A stretch of DNA of 64,000 nucleotides from NCBI GenBank assembly GCA_050949055.1, contig JBMNFA010000006.1, forward strand, positions 11,759 through 75,758. The letters run 5' to 3'. The notes beneath the pieces were generated by a model, which searched no databases, had not been told where the DNA came from, and saw only the letters and a list, made by a program, of their open reading frames with translations. Positions 28,760 through 37,446 of this stretch are shown here, piece after piece. Each line of letters starts with the position of its first letter. The first letter of the stretch is position 1. The translations under genes and the position numbers were made by a program. This DNA comes from Bacillota bacterium. Its GTDB lineage: Bacteria > Bacillota > UBA994 > UBA5500.

Positions 28760-29770
28760 TTACCTCCAGCGTTTGTACAACTCGGCCACAATCTGCTCGA
28801 TGGGGGCCTTACGGATTTCGATATCGATTACACCATCCAGTTTCGCTATTTCCGCCAGCACTAGTCTCACCGGGATGACAGCCGTATCGAACTCGTATTC
28901 ACTGTTGCTTCGTTCGCTATGGAGTAGTCTACCGCAGGGGAGAGGCTGGGCTTCGCCCCTAAAGGTCAGGCGCAATCGGCAAAGGCCACCTGTCAGCTGA
29001 CGCAGCTCTTCGAAGCTTCCGTCAAAGGCTATCTGCCCGTGGGACAGCAACACGATTCGCTGGGCCATTTCCTCCAGGTCGTCCATGTCGTGGCTGGTGA
29101 CGACGATAGTGGTTCCTTGCTCTCGGTTGATTTGCTTCAGAAAGTCTATCATCTGGCGCTTGGCCAACACATCCAGCCCCAGAGTGGGTTCGTCTAGGAA
29201 GATCAACTCCGGGTCATGCAACAGCATCAAACCCAAGTCGGCCCGCATGCGCTGCCCCAAGCTGAGTTCCCGGGCGAAAGTGTTCATCAAGTCAGATAGC
29301 TCCAGCAGTTCGCTAACCATAGCCAAGCGGCGTTGGTAGACAGACTGTGGGATGTTCCAGACAACCCGCTTCCATTCATAGCTGACCGCGACCGGGTGAT
29401 CCCACCAGAGCTCGGTGCGCTGCCCGAAGATAACCCCGATCCGTTTCATCAGATCCACTCGGGACTGCTCCGGTCTTAGCCCCAAAACGTAGACTTCGCC
29501 GCTGCTCGGCTGCATAATCCCCGCCAGGATTTTTATGGTGGTGCTCTTGCCTGCGCCGTTTGCCCCCGCATAGGCCACAAACTCTCCGCGCCCGATTTCC
29601 AGAGAGACGTCTTTCAGGGCGTCGACAGTTCTCTTCTCCGGCTTAACCAGGTTACGCAGGATGTCTTTCACGCTTCCGGATCGCTGCCATTGCACAAACT
29701 GCTTGCAGACGTTGTTCAGGCTAACTGCGATGTCCCCGGTCGTGATATCTAATTGAGCCCCGTTTGGCAT
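28760..29770 (-). CDS. ABC transporter ATP-binding protein (ABC-2 exporter type, with C-terminal extension)
   Basis: Walker A GANGAGKST, signature LSLGQRMR, Walker B LIFLDEPTLGLD. Confidence 0.85.
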   Translation of the reverse strand: MPNGAQLDITTGDIAVSLNNVCKQFVQWQRSGSVKDILRNLVKPEKRTVDALKDVSLEIGRGEFVAYAGANGAGKSTTIKILAGIMQPSSGEVYVLGLRPEQSRVDLMKRIGVIFGQRTELWWDHPVAVSYEWKRVVWNIPQSVYQRRLAMVSELLELSDLMNTFARELSLGQRMRADLGLMLLHDPELIFLDEPTLGLDVLAKRQMIDFLKQINREQGTTIVVTSHDMDDLEEMAQRIVLLSHGQIAFDGSFEELRQLTGGLCRLRLTFRGEAQPLPCGRLLHSERSNSEYEFDTAVIPVRLVLAEIAKLDGVIDIEIRKAPIEQIVAELYKRWR

Positions 29771-30566
29771 AATGTTTCATCCCTCTCTTAAACAACTTGG
29801 TGGCGATAAAAGCCAATGCAATGGTCACCATCAGTAAGAGAACTCCCGGCATGTCGCTTGGTGTCTGCCCGAGCAGTACATTGGCTGGGAACCATGCTGC
29901 TAGCCCTACCGGAACAACGGTACAGAGTATTGCCCGGGTGACCAGCGCCAGCCCTCCGATGGGGAACGTCTTGAGGGCACCAAACAGACCTATGGCCGTG
30001 GTGCTGATCTCTTCGCCTGCCACCGGGGCGTAAAAGGCGACGCTGCCTGCGATGTATGAGCAACTGAGGATGACTGCCACTGAGCAAAGGAGGCTGAACA
30101 GGAGGCTGCCAATCCACAGGCCGCTGACCGTCAGGGTCAATCGGCTGATTGCTGCCATAGTGATAGCGATGCCATAGAGCAGCGTGCTGTTGCCGGACAC
30201 AGGCAAGAAGCCCTCGCTGGCTAGCTGCATCCACAGCGGCACCGGTTGAATCAAACGATGATCAAGCTGCCCTCGGCCGATCAAGCGGCTGATCCAGGCC
30301 ACGTTGTTCATGCCAAAGAACATCGATATCACCCCATCTACTGTGCAGGCGTACCCCAGCATGAACAGCACTTGATCGGCGTTCATCCCGCCTATATTGT
30401 CAAACCGTTCTGCCAACAAGTAGACACCCAATGTGCTAGCTAAACTTGACGTAACATCAGCCAGAATACAGGCAACGCAGTATTTTGTATCCCGCAGGAA
30501 CCAGAGTAGGTCCATCTTGGCATAGATGCCCCAAAGCTGCCAGAGGCGTTTCATGCTAGCCACCAT
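29721..30566 (-). CDS. ABC-2 type transporter permease
   Basis: 281 aa, 6 predicted TM helices; operon with the ATPase. Confidence 0.7.
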   Translation of the reverse strand: MVASMKRLWQLWGIYAKMDLLWFLRDTKYCVACILADVTSSLASTLGVYLLAERFDNIGGMNADQVLFMLGYACTVDGVISMFFGMNNVAWISRLIGRGQLDHRLIQPVPLWMQLASEGFLPVSGNSTLLYGIAITMAAISRLTLTVSGLWIGSLLFSLLCSVAVILSCSYIAGSVAFYAPVAGEEISTTAIGLFGALKTFPIGGLALVTRAILCTVVPVGLAAWFPANVLLGQTPSDMPGVLLLMVTIALAFIATKLFKRGMKHYAKRGSIRYHDRGHRS

Positions 30567-31338
30567 AGGACACCATCCTTTCCTCGCTGCCCCGAAACGC
30601 CCAGATGGTGACGGGCCAGAACACCAAATTCCAGATTAGCTGCAATCCAATCAGTCGTAGCGGATCGCTGACGCCCACCAGAACCAGCAAAGGCGCGCTG
30701 GCCACTGAGCCGAAGGGTAGCATCTCCAGCGCCCGGCCCAAGCCCCAGGGCAGCAGGGCGAAGGGAATTACGGCTCCCGAGAACAGACTGGTGATCGCCT
30801 GCCTGATGGTGTAGGCTTGATAGCTGGCATTCTTCACGTAGATCACCAGGGAGGCGTATAGGAAGTCTAGGGCAAAGCCGAGGGAAACGGCTAGCAGTAG
30901 GCTGCACAAGAACAACGGGCCGTTGGTCGCTAGTATTGGCAGCAGATTGATGCCCAATAGGCCAGCGATACAGATCATCGGTAACGTATAGAGCGCCAGC
31001 CCCGGCAGCCAGCCGCCGACGGTCTCGGCTATCATTTGGCCTAACACCGGCAGCGGTCGCAGGTAGCGGGAGATGATCGAGCCTTCCCAAAAGGCGGTGG
31101 TGGCCGGTGTGATCACACTCAGTTGTTCCCTCAGTATGGATGCCAGCAGCGTATAGGCCAGTAGCTGCTCCAGGGTGAACCCGCCCAAATCTGCCCCCTG
31201 AGCGGCCAACGAGCGCCACAGGAGCAGCAGTATGACTAGGCTGGCCAGCTTCAACAGGTGGCCGCCAAGCATGTACAGCAGTCCCCCGTCAAAAGCCCGC
31301 GTAGCCGAGAGCTGTGTAGTAGTCAGGTATCTTTTCAC
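30556..31338 (-). CDS. ABC-2 type transporter permease (second)
   Basis: Multi-TM ORF. The preferred start is the GTG at 31336-31338, which has a strong SD gaaggagg 7 nt upstream; the ORF-track start at 31479 would begin inside the terminator. Confidence 0.65.
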   Translation of the reverse strand: MKRYLTTTQLSATRAFDGGLLYMLGGHLLKLASLVILLLLWRSLAAQGADLGGFTLEQLLAYTLLASILREQLSVITPATTAFWEGSIISRYLRPLPVLGQMIAETVGGWLPGLALYTLPMICIAGLLGINLLPILATNGPLFLCSLLLAVSLGFALDFLYASLVIYVKNASYQAYTIRQAITSLFSGAVIPFALLPWGLGRALEMLPFGSVASAPLLVLVGVSDPLRLIGLQLIWNLVFWPVTIWAFRGSEERMVSYGG

Positions 31339-31391
31339 CTGAATGTCCTCCTTCAGTTTTACAAGTCGTCCGCAAGCATATAGCCCTGGGC

Positions 31392-31507
31392 AGACAAAAG
31401 CCCGCGGGCTGTTGGTTCGCCCGCGGGTATCTGTGCGCAAGTCTAATACCACAATCCTGGTACATGACCAAAGGCACACAAAAAACCGCGGGCAGCAACA
31501 CCCGCGG
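31392..31507 (-). promoter_or_regulatory. two tandem intrinsic terminators in the 5' leader of the ABC-2 operon (T1 31480-31507, CCGCGGGUGUUGCUGCCCGCGG + U6; T2 31392-31427, CCCGCGGGCGAACCAACAGCCCGCGGG + CUUUUG)
   Basis: Hairpins read directly. All four arms share the self-complementary CCCGCGGG, which allows alternative pairings. Confidence 0.55.
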
Positions 31508-31551
31508 TCTATCGATAGCTTTAGCTGTTCGGCGAAATGATCACCTCATGC

Positions 31552-31674
31552 TCAGCTGATCGCAGGGACCCCAGATGCTGCAAAAGGGCATACTACTCCC
31601 TTGGGGGTGCTCCTGAATCCTACGATCCGATGCATGATCATGAAGTAATCGGTGTTGTAGCCTTTTGTCTGCAC
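31552..31674 (-). CDS. candidate 40-codon leader/small ORF (GTG start; VQTKGYNTDYFMIMHRIVGFRSTPKGVVCPFAASGVPAIS)
   Basis: Near-consensus promoter (-35 ttgccc, -10 tataat, 17-bp spacer, at 31709-31737) and SD GGAGGG 7 nt before the GTG. The ORF ends 45 nt before terminator T1. Confidence 0.35.
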   Translation of the reverse strand: MQTKGYNTDYFMIMHRIVGFRSTPKGVVCPFAASGVPAIS

Positions 31675-31878
31675 TGCAAGTCCCTCCTTTATCACAGATT
31701 CACTAACGATTATAATCTGGCAGCGAGCATGGGGCAAGGGGTAATTTGGTATCAGGCTAAAGATTGCACGCCAGCAGGGAGGCCCCCAGAGCGCCGGTGA
31801 ACTGGCAGTCGGAGGTGAGTTGGTGGCGCTGGTGGAACACCGCGACGGCACGTTGATCGATGTGGTGCGGAGGGTGGT

Positions 31879-31986
31879 ATGGGGAACAGCTTGTTGGCGG
31901 TGAAGGAAAAGCTTTATCAACTGCAGCTGGAATTGCTGCAACAAGCCACGGGGACGGTTCGGCTGACTCATCGCAACGAGTCATGA
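31879..31986 (+). CDS. Spo0E-like small ORF truncated by IS insertion (MGNSLLAVKEKLYQLQLELLQQATGTVRLTHRNES)
   Basis: SD GGAGGG 5 nt before the ATG. The helical LxxLxxEL...G.LTH pattern is like Spo0E-family phosphatases. Its stop codon is the terminal TGA of the IS. Confidence 0.3.
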   Translation: MGNSLLAVKEKLYQLQLELLQQATGTVRLTHRNES

Positions 31987-32258
31987 GGTGCCCCCTGTCG
32001 AGTTGACAAACGAAATAATGAAAGCGTTTGCTCCTTAGGAATGACCCTGAGGAGCCTTCTTTCTTGGGATGTCTTAAGCAATACAGCCAATGGTTGCTGG
32101 CCACGGCTCTCCCTGTCGGAGCCCTGAGCAGTACCACAGGGTGAGTCCCTTGACCCCTGTGCTACAATTTTGTGCGCAGAGGGGCGATGAGGTATCTGCT
32201 GTGCTCTCCCTACCATCGCCCCTCGCACCTTCGTTAAGCACAGGGAGTCAAGGGCGAT

Positions 32259-33017
32259 TTATGCACACATTCTGTACTCCATCGGGGTCAGACCAGAAAA
32301 CTTCCTTTGCGGTCGTTCTTCGTTGTAGAAGCGTATATAGTCACTTACGTCGGCTACCAGATCTTCGTAGCTCTCGTAATACTTTCTTAGGTTGTAGCGC
32401 TCTGCTTTGGGCTTGCCCCAAAATCCTTCCATGGGGCCATTGTCAATGCAGCGGCTTACTCTTGACATGCTTTGGATCATGCCCTGATTCGTGATAATCT
32501 TGGCAAAACCATAGGAAGTATATTGGAAGCCTCTATCGCTGTGAATGAGGGGCTGTGCTTCTGGATTGGCCTTCAAGGCTGCCTGCAATGTGCTAAAGAC
32601 AAGCTTGTTGTTATTCCTCTTACCAATGACATAGGCAACAATACTGTTGTCGTAAAGGTCGAGAATGGCGCTCAGGTATGCTTTCTGACCGTCGCCATAC
32701 TTGAACTCGGTTACATCTGTAAGCCATTTCTGGTTCTTCCTCAAAGCTGTGAACTTTCTGTTCAGCAGGTTCTCAGCAACATGTCCAGGCGAAGACTTTT
32801 TGTATTGTCTGCGTTTCTTTCGAGTGACCGATTTCAGACCCATAAGTCGCATCAACCGATAGATTCGTTTGAGGTTGTACGTTGCCTGTAGCCTCCGGTT
32901 CACGACCAGTTGCATCATCCTGTAGCCGTAGATACCCTTGACCTCCAGGTAGATACCAGCTATTGTGTCAGCGATTAACTCGTTTGTCCGCTCTCGCTCA
33001 CTTGGTTCCTTCTTCAA
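32259..33017 (-). CDS. IS3-family transposase OrfB (DDE integrase core); expressed as an OrfAB fusion by -1 frameshift
   Basis: IHSDRGFQYTS DDE-core motif; -1 frame relative to orfA. Confidence 0.85.
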   Translation of the reverse strand: MKKEPSERERTNELIADTIAGIYLEVKGIYGYRMMQLVVNRRLQATYNLKRIYRLMRLMGLKSVTRKKRRQYKKSSPGHVAENLLNRKFTALRKNQKWLTDVTEFKYGDGQKAYLSAILDLYDNSIVAYVIGKRNNNKLVFSTLQAALKANPEAQPLIHSDRGFQYTSYGFAKIITNQGMIQSMSRVSRCIDNGPMEGFWGKPKAERYNLRKYYESYEDLVADVSDYIRFYNEERPQRKFSGLTPMEYRMCA

Positions 33018-33133
33018 ATAATTGTAGTGCGCCTGGCGGCTGATGTTGGCAACCCTGCATAACTCAGAGATAGAGTGGCCTTTGCTGTGCAGTTCGTGGA
33101 TTGCCTGATGGAGTTTAAATCGTGGAACTCGGC

Positions 33134-33811
33134 CTAGCGATACCTCTTCTCGAGTTCCTCCAATTTTTTTAGGAATGCGTTCTCCACGCTCAGTCTGCGA
33201 ACTTCCTTCTGCAGATTACGAAGCTCAATCTTCAGCCGATCGGCCTCTGTCAACTCAGTTTCCTCTTTGGCTTTGCCTCGGCGGTCAACAAGTGCCTTCT
33301 CTCCGCCTTTGTTATACTTACTAACCCAAGAGTGAACCTGCTGGTAGCTGACCTTATAGAGCTCCGCTGCCTCCCGGTAGTTACAGTCATTGGCTATACA
33401 ATGTTGGACAATCTCTATACGCTCATCGTAGGTGGTTCTCCGCCCTTTGTTCATGTCTCTGGATTCCCCTCCTGGAGAAGACTTGAGTTCTTCTCCTTGA
33501 GTATACTTGAAAATCCAGCGCCGAAGTTGCGTTTCCTCCCTTATGCCGTACCTAAGGCAGATGTCCATTTGAGAGCCTTCTCCCGTCAGGTAGGCTTGTA
33601 CAGCTTGCATCTTAAGCTCAGCAGGATAATGATTACTACTCAATTGCCCGACCAGGGAGTCTATACCATATTCCTGTAACCTAATACGCCATCGACGTAT
33701 TGTACTCTTGCCTACGTTGAACCTGGAAACTGCCTCTTTGACTGGATGCCCTTCATCAATCCATGCAAGTATTCGTAGCTTCTCTCCCAAAGTGAACTTG
33801 CGTCCGGACAA
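33134..33811 (-). CDS. IS3-family transposase OrfA (HTH)
   Basis: HTH-rich 225 aa ending ...FLKKLEELEKRYR just after the AAAAAAA frameshift site. Confidence 0.85.
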   Translation of the reverse strand: MSGRKFTLGEKLRILAWIDEGHPVKEAVSRFNVGKSTIRRWRIRLQEYGIDSLVGQLSSNHYPAELKMQAVQAYLTGEGSQMDICLRYGIREETQLRRWIFKYTQGEELKSSPGGESRDMNKGRRTTYDERIEIVQHCIANDCNYREAAELYKVSYQQVHSWVSKYNKGGEKALVDRRGKAKEETELTEADRLKIELRNLQKEVRRLSVENAFLKKLEELEKRYR

Positions 33812-33916
33812 AAGAATGCCCCCCCCCTCAGCGACTGATGAATTTTCGTTATTTCATCTGTCAACTTTGGGGGGAGCACATCAGTCGGACCGTCCCCGTG
33901 GCTCAATTTCAGGCTA

Positions 33917-35317
33917 TTAGCAGACCTTGCCCGGGTTCAGGATTTGCTGGGGGTCGAAGACCTGTTTGATCCCGCGCATCAGCTCCATGGTGGTCGCGCC
34001 GATGGACTGTTCCAGATAGCTGCGTTTGGCGTGGCCGATGCCATGTTCCCCCGAGACCTGTCCGCCCATTTCCTTGGCTCGCCGATAGAGCTCATCCATC
34101 ACTGCCGCGTTAGTCTGTTCCCAGGCCTCCTGCGGCAGCTGGTCCCGGCAGATGTAGATATGGATGTTGCCATCCCCCGCATGGCCGAAGGAGCGGATCC
34201 GAATCCGATATTTCCGCTCCAATTGGCTGACGAACTTGACGAAGGAGGCGATGGCGCTTTGGGGCACCACCACGTCACATTCATCCATGCCGGACATGGT
34301 GGAGCTTTTGATCGCCTCCAGGAAGGCTCCGCGCGCATTCCAGATGGACTCCTGTCGTTCTGCGGTGTTGGCGATCAACACATCTATCGCACCGGCTTCC
34401 AGGCAGAGCCGGGCTACCTGCTCGTAGATGGTCTCGATCTCCGCAGCAGAATTGCCGTCGAAGGACAGCAGCAGGTAGGCATCGGCACTCTTATCCGGGA
34501 ACTGCTTGCCCAGATACTCCTCCGCCGCCTCGATCACTTCCCGCTGCATGAATTCCACCGCACAGGGCACCACTCTGGATTTGATGATCTTGGGCACCGT
34601 CTCGATGCACTGCTCAAGGGTAGTGAAGGGCACCAGCAGGCTGATTACCTGACTGGGGGCGGCGAGCAGCTTGAGCACCAGTTTGGTGACGATTCCCAGC
34701 GTGCCTTCCGAACCGATCATCAGATCCAGCAGGCTATAGCCAGAACTGTTCTTGGCCAGCTTGCCTCCCAGTTCGACGACCCGACCATCGGGCAGCACCA
34801 CTTCCATGCCCAACACATAGTCCCTGGTCACGCCGTATTTGATCGCCCGCATGCCGCCGGCATTGGTCATCACATTGCCGCCGACGGTGGCACTCTTCTC
34901 ACCCGGATCCGGCGGATAAAACAGCCCGTAGTTGGTCAGCAGTTGGTTAAACTCCATTAGCAGCACACCGGGCTCGATGGTGGCTGTCAGGTTCTCTTCA
35001 TCAATCTCCAACACCCGGTTCATTCTGGCCAGGGACAGCAGGATCCCGCCGTGGATCGCCACTGCCCCGCCGCAGAGGCCGGTGCCCGACCCCCGGGGTG
35101 TGACCGGAATGCGCTGGGTCGAGGCATAGCGCATTACCTCGGCTACCTCCTCGGTACTGATCGCTTCCACTACCACGTCCGGGGTGAACTTGCCGTATTC
35201 CACCATCTCATCGTGGGTGTAGTCATCGTGAATGGACTGGCCAAAGAAGACCCGCTCCGGGGTACAGATAGCTTGCAGCGCCGCGATGTCCTCGGCAATA
35301 ATCTGTTTATAGGTCAC
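33917..35317 (-). CDS. FAD-linked oxidase, GlcD/LctD-like (2-hydroxyacid dehydrogenase)
   Basis: FAD_binding_4 motifs (VTPRGSGTGLCGGAV) and a C-terminal FAD-oxidase domain. The start is the GTG at 35315-35317 (SD ggagg 8 nt upstream), which overlaps the etfA stop; the ORF-track N-terminal extension overlaps etfA. Confidence 0.8.
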   Translation of the reverse strand: MTYKQIIAEDIAALQAICTPERVFFGQSIHDDYTHDEMVEYGKFTPDVVVEAISTEEVAEVMRYASTQRIPVTPRGSGTGLCGGAVAIHGGILLSLARMNRVLEIDEENLTATIEPGVLLMEFNQLLTNYGLFYPPDPGEKSATVGGNVMTNAGGMRAIKYGVTRDYVLGMEVVLPDGRVVELGGKLAKNSSGYSLLDLMIGSEGTLGIVTKLVLKLLAAPSQVISLLVPFTTLEQCIETVPKIIKSRVVPCAVEFMQREVIEAAEEYLGKQFPDKSADAYLLLSFDGNSAAEIETIYEQVARLCLEAGAIDVLIANTAERQESIWNARGAFLEAIKSSTMSGMDECDVVVPQSAIASFVKFVSQLERKYRIRIRSFGHAGDGNIHIYICRDQLPQEAWEQTNAAVMDELYRRAKEMGGQVSGEHGIGHAKRSYLEQSIGATTMELMRGIKQVFDPQQILNPGKVC

Positions 35318-36507
35318 TTTGGCAGTCCTCCTTTCAGTTTGGCCAGCAGCGCGGGTAATACTTCGTAGAGATCTCCCACCAGACCATAGTGTGCTACCTT
35401 GAAGATCGGTGCCGCGGGGTCTTTGTTGATGGCAACGATGCAATCGGCCCCCTGCATGCCGGCTGTGAATTGCACTGCGCCGGATACCCCGCAGGTGATG
35501 ATCAGTTTGGGCTTCACTGTTCGTCCTGACAATCCGATCTGCCGCTGGTGTTCTAGCCATCCGGCTTCCACCACGGCCCGGGTAGCAGCCACTTGCCCTC
35601 CCAACAGATCAGCCAGTTCCTGCAGCAGGGAAAGACCCTTGCTGTCTTTCAGGCCTTTTCCAGCCACTACCAACACATCCGCATCGGTGATGGATAGGCT
35701 TTTCTCCCGAGGCTGGCAGCTGACAATCTCAACCTGCGACTGCAACTGACCTGGCTGCAGGGCGCAATGGACCGCCGTGCCGCGCACGCAGTCGACCGGC
35801 TGGGCTGGGTTCATGACTTTGTAACGAACCGTGGCAAATTGGGGGCGTGAGTGGGGGGTGACGATTTGCGCCATGATGTTGCCGCCAAAAGCAGGGCGAA
35901 TCTGCACCAGATCGCCGTTGTCCCTGAGCTCCAGTTGGGTGCAGTCTGCCGTCAGTCCCGTGCGGAAGCGGGCTGCCACCCGCGGGGCCAATGAGCGCCC
36001 GATGGAGGTGGCTCCCACCAGCACCACTGCCGGTTTGGCGTTCCGGATGCAGTCGGCAAAGGCATTGGCGTAAGTGTCTACCCGGAAATGTTCCAGTTCT
36101 GGGTAGTCATAGCAGAAGACCTGATCCACGCCATAGCGTAGCAGTTCGTCCGCCCACCGTCCCACTTCCTTTCCTACCAACAGCACAGAGATGGGATGGG
36201 GCACCCTTTGGGCCAAGCGGGTCGCCTCTCCGATCAGCTCTATGGTCACCGGGTGGACTTCACCCGCAGTCAGTTCCGCATAAACCAAGATGCCCTGCCA
36301 GTCCTGCCGGTCAGCCTGGGTAGGGGCGGATTCCGTTGTCAAGGAAATGGCGCTCACCGGACATTGTTTAATGCATAACCTGCACAAGCGACAATTGTCA
36401 TTGATCTGCAGTGAACCGGCAACCTCAATGATGGCCCCAAACGGACAGGCAGTGATGCAGGCATCGCAGCGAATGCATCTATTCTGATCGATGATCGGCA
36501 GCGCCAT
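35314..36507 (-). CDS. etfA: electron transfer flavoprotein alpha subunit with N-terminal 2x[4Fe-4S] ferredoxin domain
   Basis: CIRCDACITACP and CRLCRLCIKQCP cluster motifs followed by the ETF-alpha FAD-binding domain. Confidence 0.85.
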   Translation of the reverse strand: MALPIIDQNRCIRCDACITACPFGAIIEVAGSLQINDNCRLCRLCIKQCPVSAISLTTESAPTQADRQDWQGILVYAELTAGEVHPVTIELIGEATRLAQRVPHPISVLLVGKEVGRWADELLRYGVDQVFCYDYPELEHFRVDTYANAFADCIRNAKPAVVLVGATSIGRSLAPRVAARFRTGLTADCTQLELRDNGDLVQIRPAFGGNIMAQIVTPHSRPQFATVRYKVMNPAQPVDCVRGTAVHCALQPGQLQSQVEIVSCQPREKSLSITDADVLVVAGKGLKDSKGLSLLQELADLLGGQVAATRAVVEAGWLEHQRQIGLSGRTVKPKLIITCGVSGAVQFTAGMQGADCIVAINKDPAAPIFKVAHYGLVGDLYEVLPALLAKLKGGLPK

Positions 36508-37310
36508 CAGTGGTCACCTCCCACATAGCGCATCTCCTGCAGCAGCTGATGCAGCTTGTCTGCCAGTGCTTCGCCTTTCCCCGTCCACAGCACCTGACTG
36601 TCGTTGACGGCAGGAGGAAAGATGCGCTCCACCTGGGTGGCTGAGCCGGTGAGGCCATAGCGGCCGGGATTGGGATCGGCCAGGTGATCCAACGTCAGTA
36701 CGCTGATCTGACGCTCCGCGGTGGCGAGCTTTCTTCTAAAGGAAGGTAACCTGGGCTGGGCTGCCTCCTTTTCCACAGTGATCAGGCAGGGATAGGGCAA
36801 GCGGGCTATCTGAGTTAGATCCTGCAGTTCCTGTCTGACCCGTATCGCCTGCGGCGTCACCGATTCGACCTGCGAGACCCAGGTAACATGGGGGATGCCC
36901 AGCAACTCCGCCAGCTCCGGACCCACCTGGGCGGTGTCGCCATCGGTGGTCTGCTTGCCGCAGATGATCAGGTCGAACTGTCCGATGGCGGCTATGCCCT
37001 GGGCCAAAGTGTAGGCGGTGGCCAGCACATCGGCACCGGCAAACCGCCGGTCGGATAGCAGATACCCCTCGTCTGCACCCATCATAAACGCCTCGCGGAT
37101 AATCGCTTCCGCTTGCGGAGGGCCCATGGAGAGCACCGACACCGATGTGCCTGCAAGACGCTCCTTGATGCGCACCGCTACCTCCAGCGCCGTCAGGTCG
37201 AACGGATTGAGCTTGCTGGACACGCCCTCCCGCTTGAGCACGCCGGTATCCGGGTCAATCTGCACCGCCGTTGTCCCAGGTACTTGTTTAATGCATACTA
37301 ATATCCTCAT
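36507..37310 (-). CDS. etfB: electron transfer flavoprotein beta subunit
   Basis: MRILVCIKQVP... ETF-beta family, 267 aa. Confidence 0.85.
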   Translation of the reverse strand: MRILVCIKQVPGTTAVQIDPDTGVLKREGVSSKLNPFDLTALEVAVRIKERLAGTSVSVLSMGPPQAEAIIREAFMMGADEGYLLSDRRFAGADVLATAYTLAQGIAAIGQFDLIICGKQTTDGDTAQVGPELAELLGIPHVTWVSQVESVTPQAIRVRQELQDLTQIARLPYPCLITVEKEAAQPRLPSFRRKLATAERQISVLTLDHLADPNPGRYGLTGSATQVERIFPPAVNDSQVLWTGKGEALADKLHQLLQEMRYVGGDH

Positions 37311-37384
37311 CGTTGCGCTCCCATCTCCTCATGGAGAAATATCTTCTGAATTATCATACCACGTTGGGCCGGGCTGTGGGGGAA

Positions 37385-37446
37385 GACAGAGGGACGTACA
37401 ATTCGTCCCCAATGAAAGAGCGAGACCAACTGTACGTCCCCCTGTC
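37385..37446. repeat. REP family C copy 2 (gacagagggacgtaca ... tgtacgtccccctgtc)
   Basis: 16-bp arms around a 30-nt spacer that itself contains a small hairpin. Confidence 0.65.

Larger units (their letters stand above)
31984..33883 (-). mobile_element. IS3-family insertion sequence, copy 1 (about 1900 bp; imperfect terminal inverted repeats TGAGGTGCCCCCTGTCGAGTTGACAAACGAAATAATGAA / TGATGTGCTCCCCCCAAAGTTGACAGATGAAATAACGAA)
   Basis: Near-identical to 61766-63663. The orfA/orfB arrangement has an A7 slippery site at 33164-33170; the termini are TGA...TCA. Confidence 0.85.

Noticed and set aside
31537-31800. 87-aa + strand ORF
   Set aside because: It overlaps the minus-strand promoter, SD and small ORF; it has no SD and its composition does not look like protein.
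31675-31971. Upstream two-thirds of the 139-aa minus-strand ORF 31552-31971
   Set aside because: It is the reverse-strand reading of the Spo0E-like coiled-coil ORF and contains the promoter for the small ORF. Only the last 40 codons have an SD.
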